Of a DNA stretch of 35,713 nt, positions 34,797 to 35,713 are shown in pieces. Position 1 is the first letter of the stretch, and each line of letters begins with the position of its first letter. Below the pieces are notes generated by a model that ran no database searches, was not told the origin of the DNA, and worked only from the letters and a program-made list of their open reading frames with translations. A program made the position numbers and the translations under genes. Source of the DNA: Octopus bimaculoides (taxonomy: Eukaryota); NCBI RefSeq assembly GCF_001194135.2, contig NC_068982.1, positions 2,456,996 through 2,492,708 of the forward strand. Reading direction: 5' to 3'.

Positions 34797-34925
34797 TTTT
34801 GGCTCAAGGTGAGAGGGTAGGTGAGAAGTTGATTACATCGACCTCATTGATCCACTTGTATTAAATGTATCGGATCGGAAAGCATGAAAGGCAAACACGG
34901 CGGTCTTTGAAATCAGGATGCAAAA
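34797..34925 (-). mobile_element. SINE family A, diverged fragment
   Basis: gattacatcgacctc...ggaaagcatgaaaggcaaa..cggcgg..tttgaaatcagg is the antisense family A core. Confidence 0.8.
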
Positions 34926-35713
34926 CCAGAAGAAATGCTGTTTCACGTTTTTGTCTTTGCAATAATGATTCCACATGCTCATCGTTATAGTATCAACAAT
35001 AAGGATAATAATAATAATTTAGATGATGATGATGATGAAGGAGAAGGAAAAGAAGAAAAAAGAACAGTTGAATTTGTGTCAGCCTAATATGCACCGGTTA
35101 TTCTAATCTATTCAAATTCTATTAAGAGTAGATTGAAAGGTATAGAACATATAATTTTGTACAAGTTTTGTGTTTGAGTTTTAAATAACTATGTGCTTAG
35201 TTTTTGTTTTTTAATGTTATATGCTACAACTAACCCCGTAGTATCATTAGCTGTACACTGCAATTATGTTAACCTACGTTTATTTGTTCAAGTCAGTATG
35301 AATTCAAAATTTGAATAATTACTCGTATACATTATTTTCTTTTCGGTTACACAAATTATTACTTTTTAATTAATATTCTAATATACTGGTAAACGTAAGC
35401 AGTCGTTTACTTAAGGGGCGTATATGGTGATGACATAATTGATATTGATAGAATTAATATGTTCAAATTTTGTGCATTCTTATCATAGATACTCATTTTA
35501 GAAACATTCAGAATTTTGCTCTTGTGCGATGCCATGTTATTTACATCCGAAAGTTAGAAGTTTATGAATTATTTTTCTTCATCGCACTTAACATGCATCG
35601 TGCTTACAATTTCGGCACGGATGTAGAGGGCGTCTAAGTAAAGTACATTTATAGGTACTTAATCTGTCTATAAACATTGTGCTAGGAATATGTAAATCCG
35701 TTGCTATATATAT

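Overview
AT-rich, microsatellite-dense metazoan DNA with 13 assembly gaps, most sitting next to simple repeats. The SINE families match those I recognise from octopus genomes, so the source is probably an octopod cephalopod (inference). No host protein-coding gene can be identified with confidence; most entries in the ORF track are artefacts of simple repeats and N-runs. The window is mainly a transposon graveyard. It holds three divergent Penelope-like (PLE) GIY-YIG endonuclease relics, one with an inverted duplication, and about six hammerhead-ribozyme-like motifs of the minimal type I kind. There are also three mariner relics (a near full-length D,D34D copy, a 5' half of the same family, and a 5'-5' foldback element), two CR1-group LINE 3' ends, a probable Gypsy LTR with a tRNA-Ser-like PBS, and about 14 SINE pieces in two families. 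The strongest observations are the PLE/hammerhead set, a 3' tail with a stem-loop shared by one SINE family and both LINEs, and the foldback mariner. Weak, unverified splice and promoter signals, including an AG|GTAAGT recursive-splice-like site and a YY1/ATG motif near 33.1 kb, hint at a host gene.
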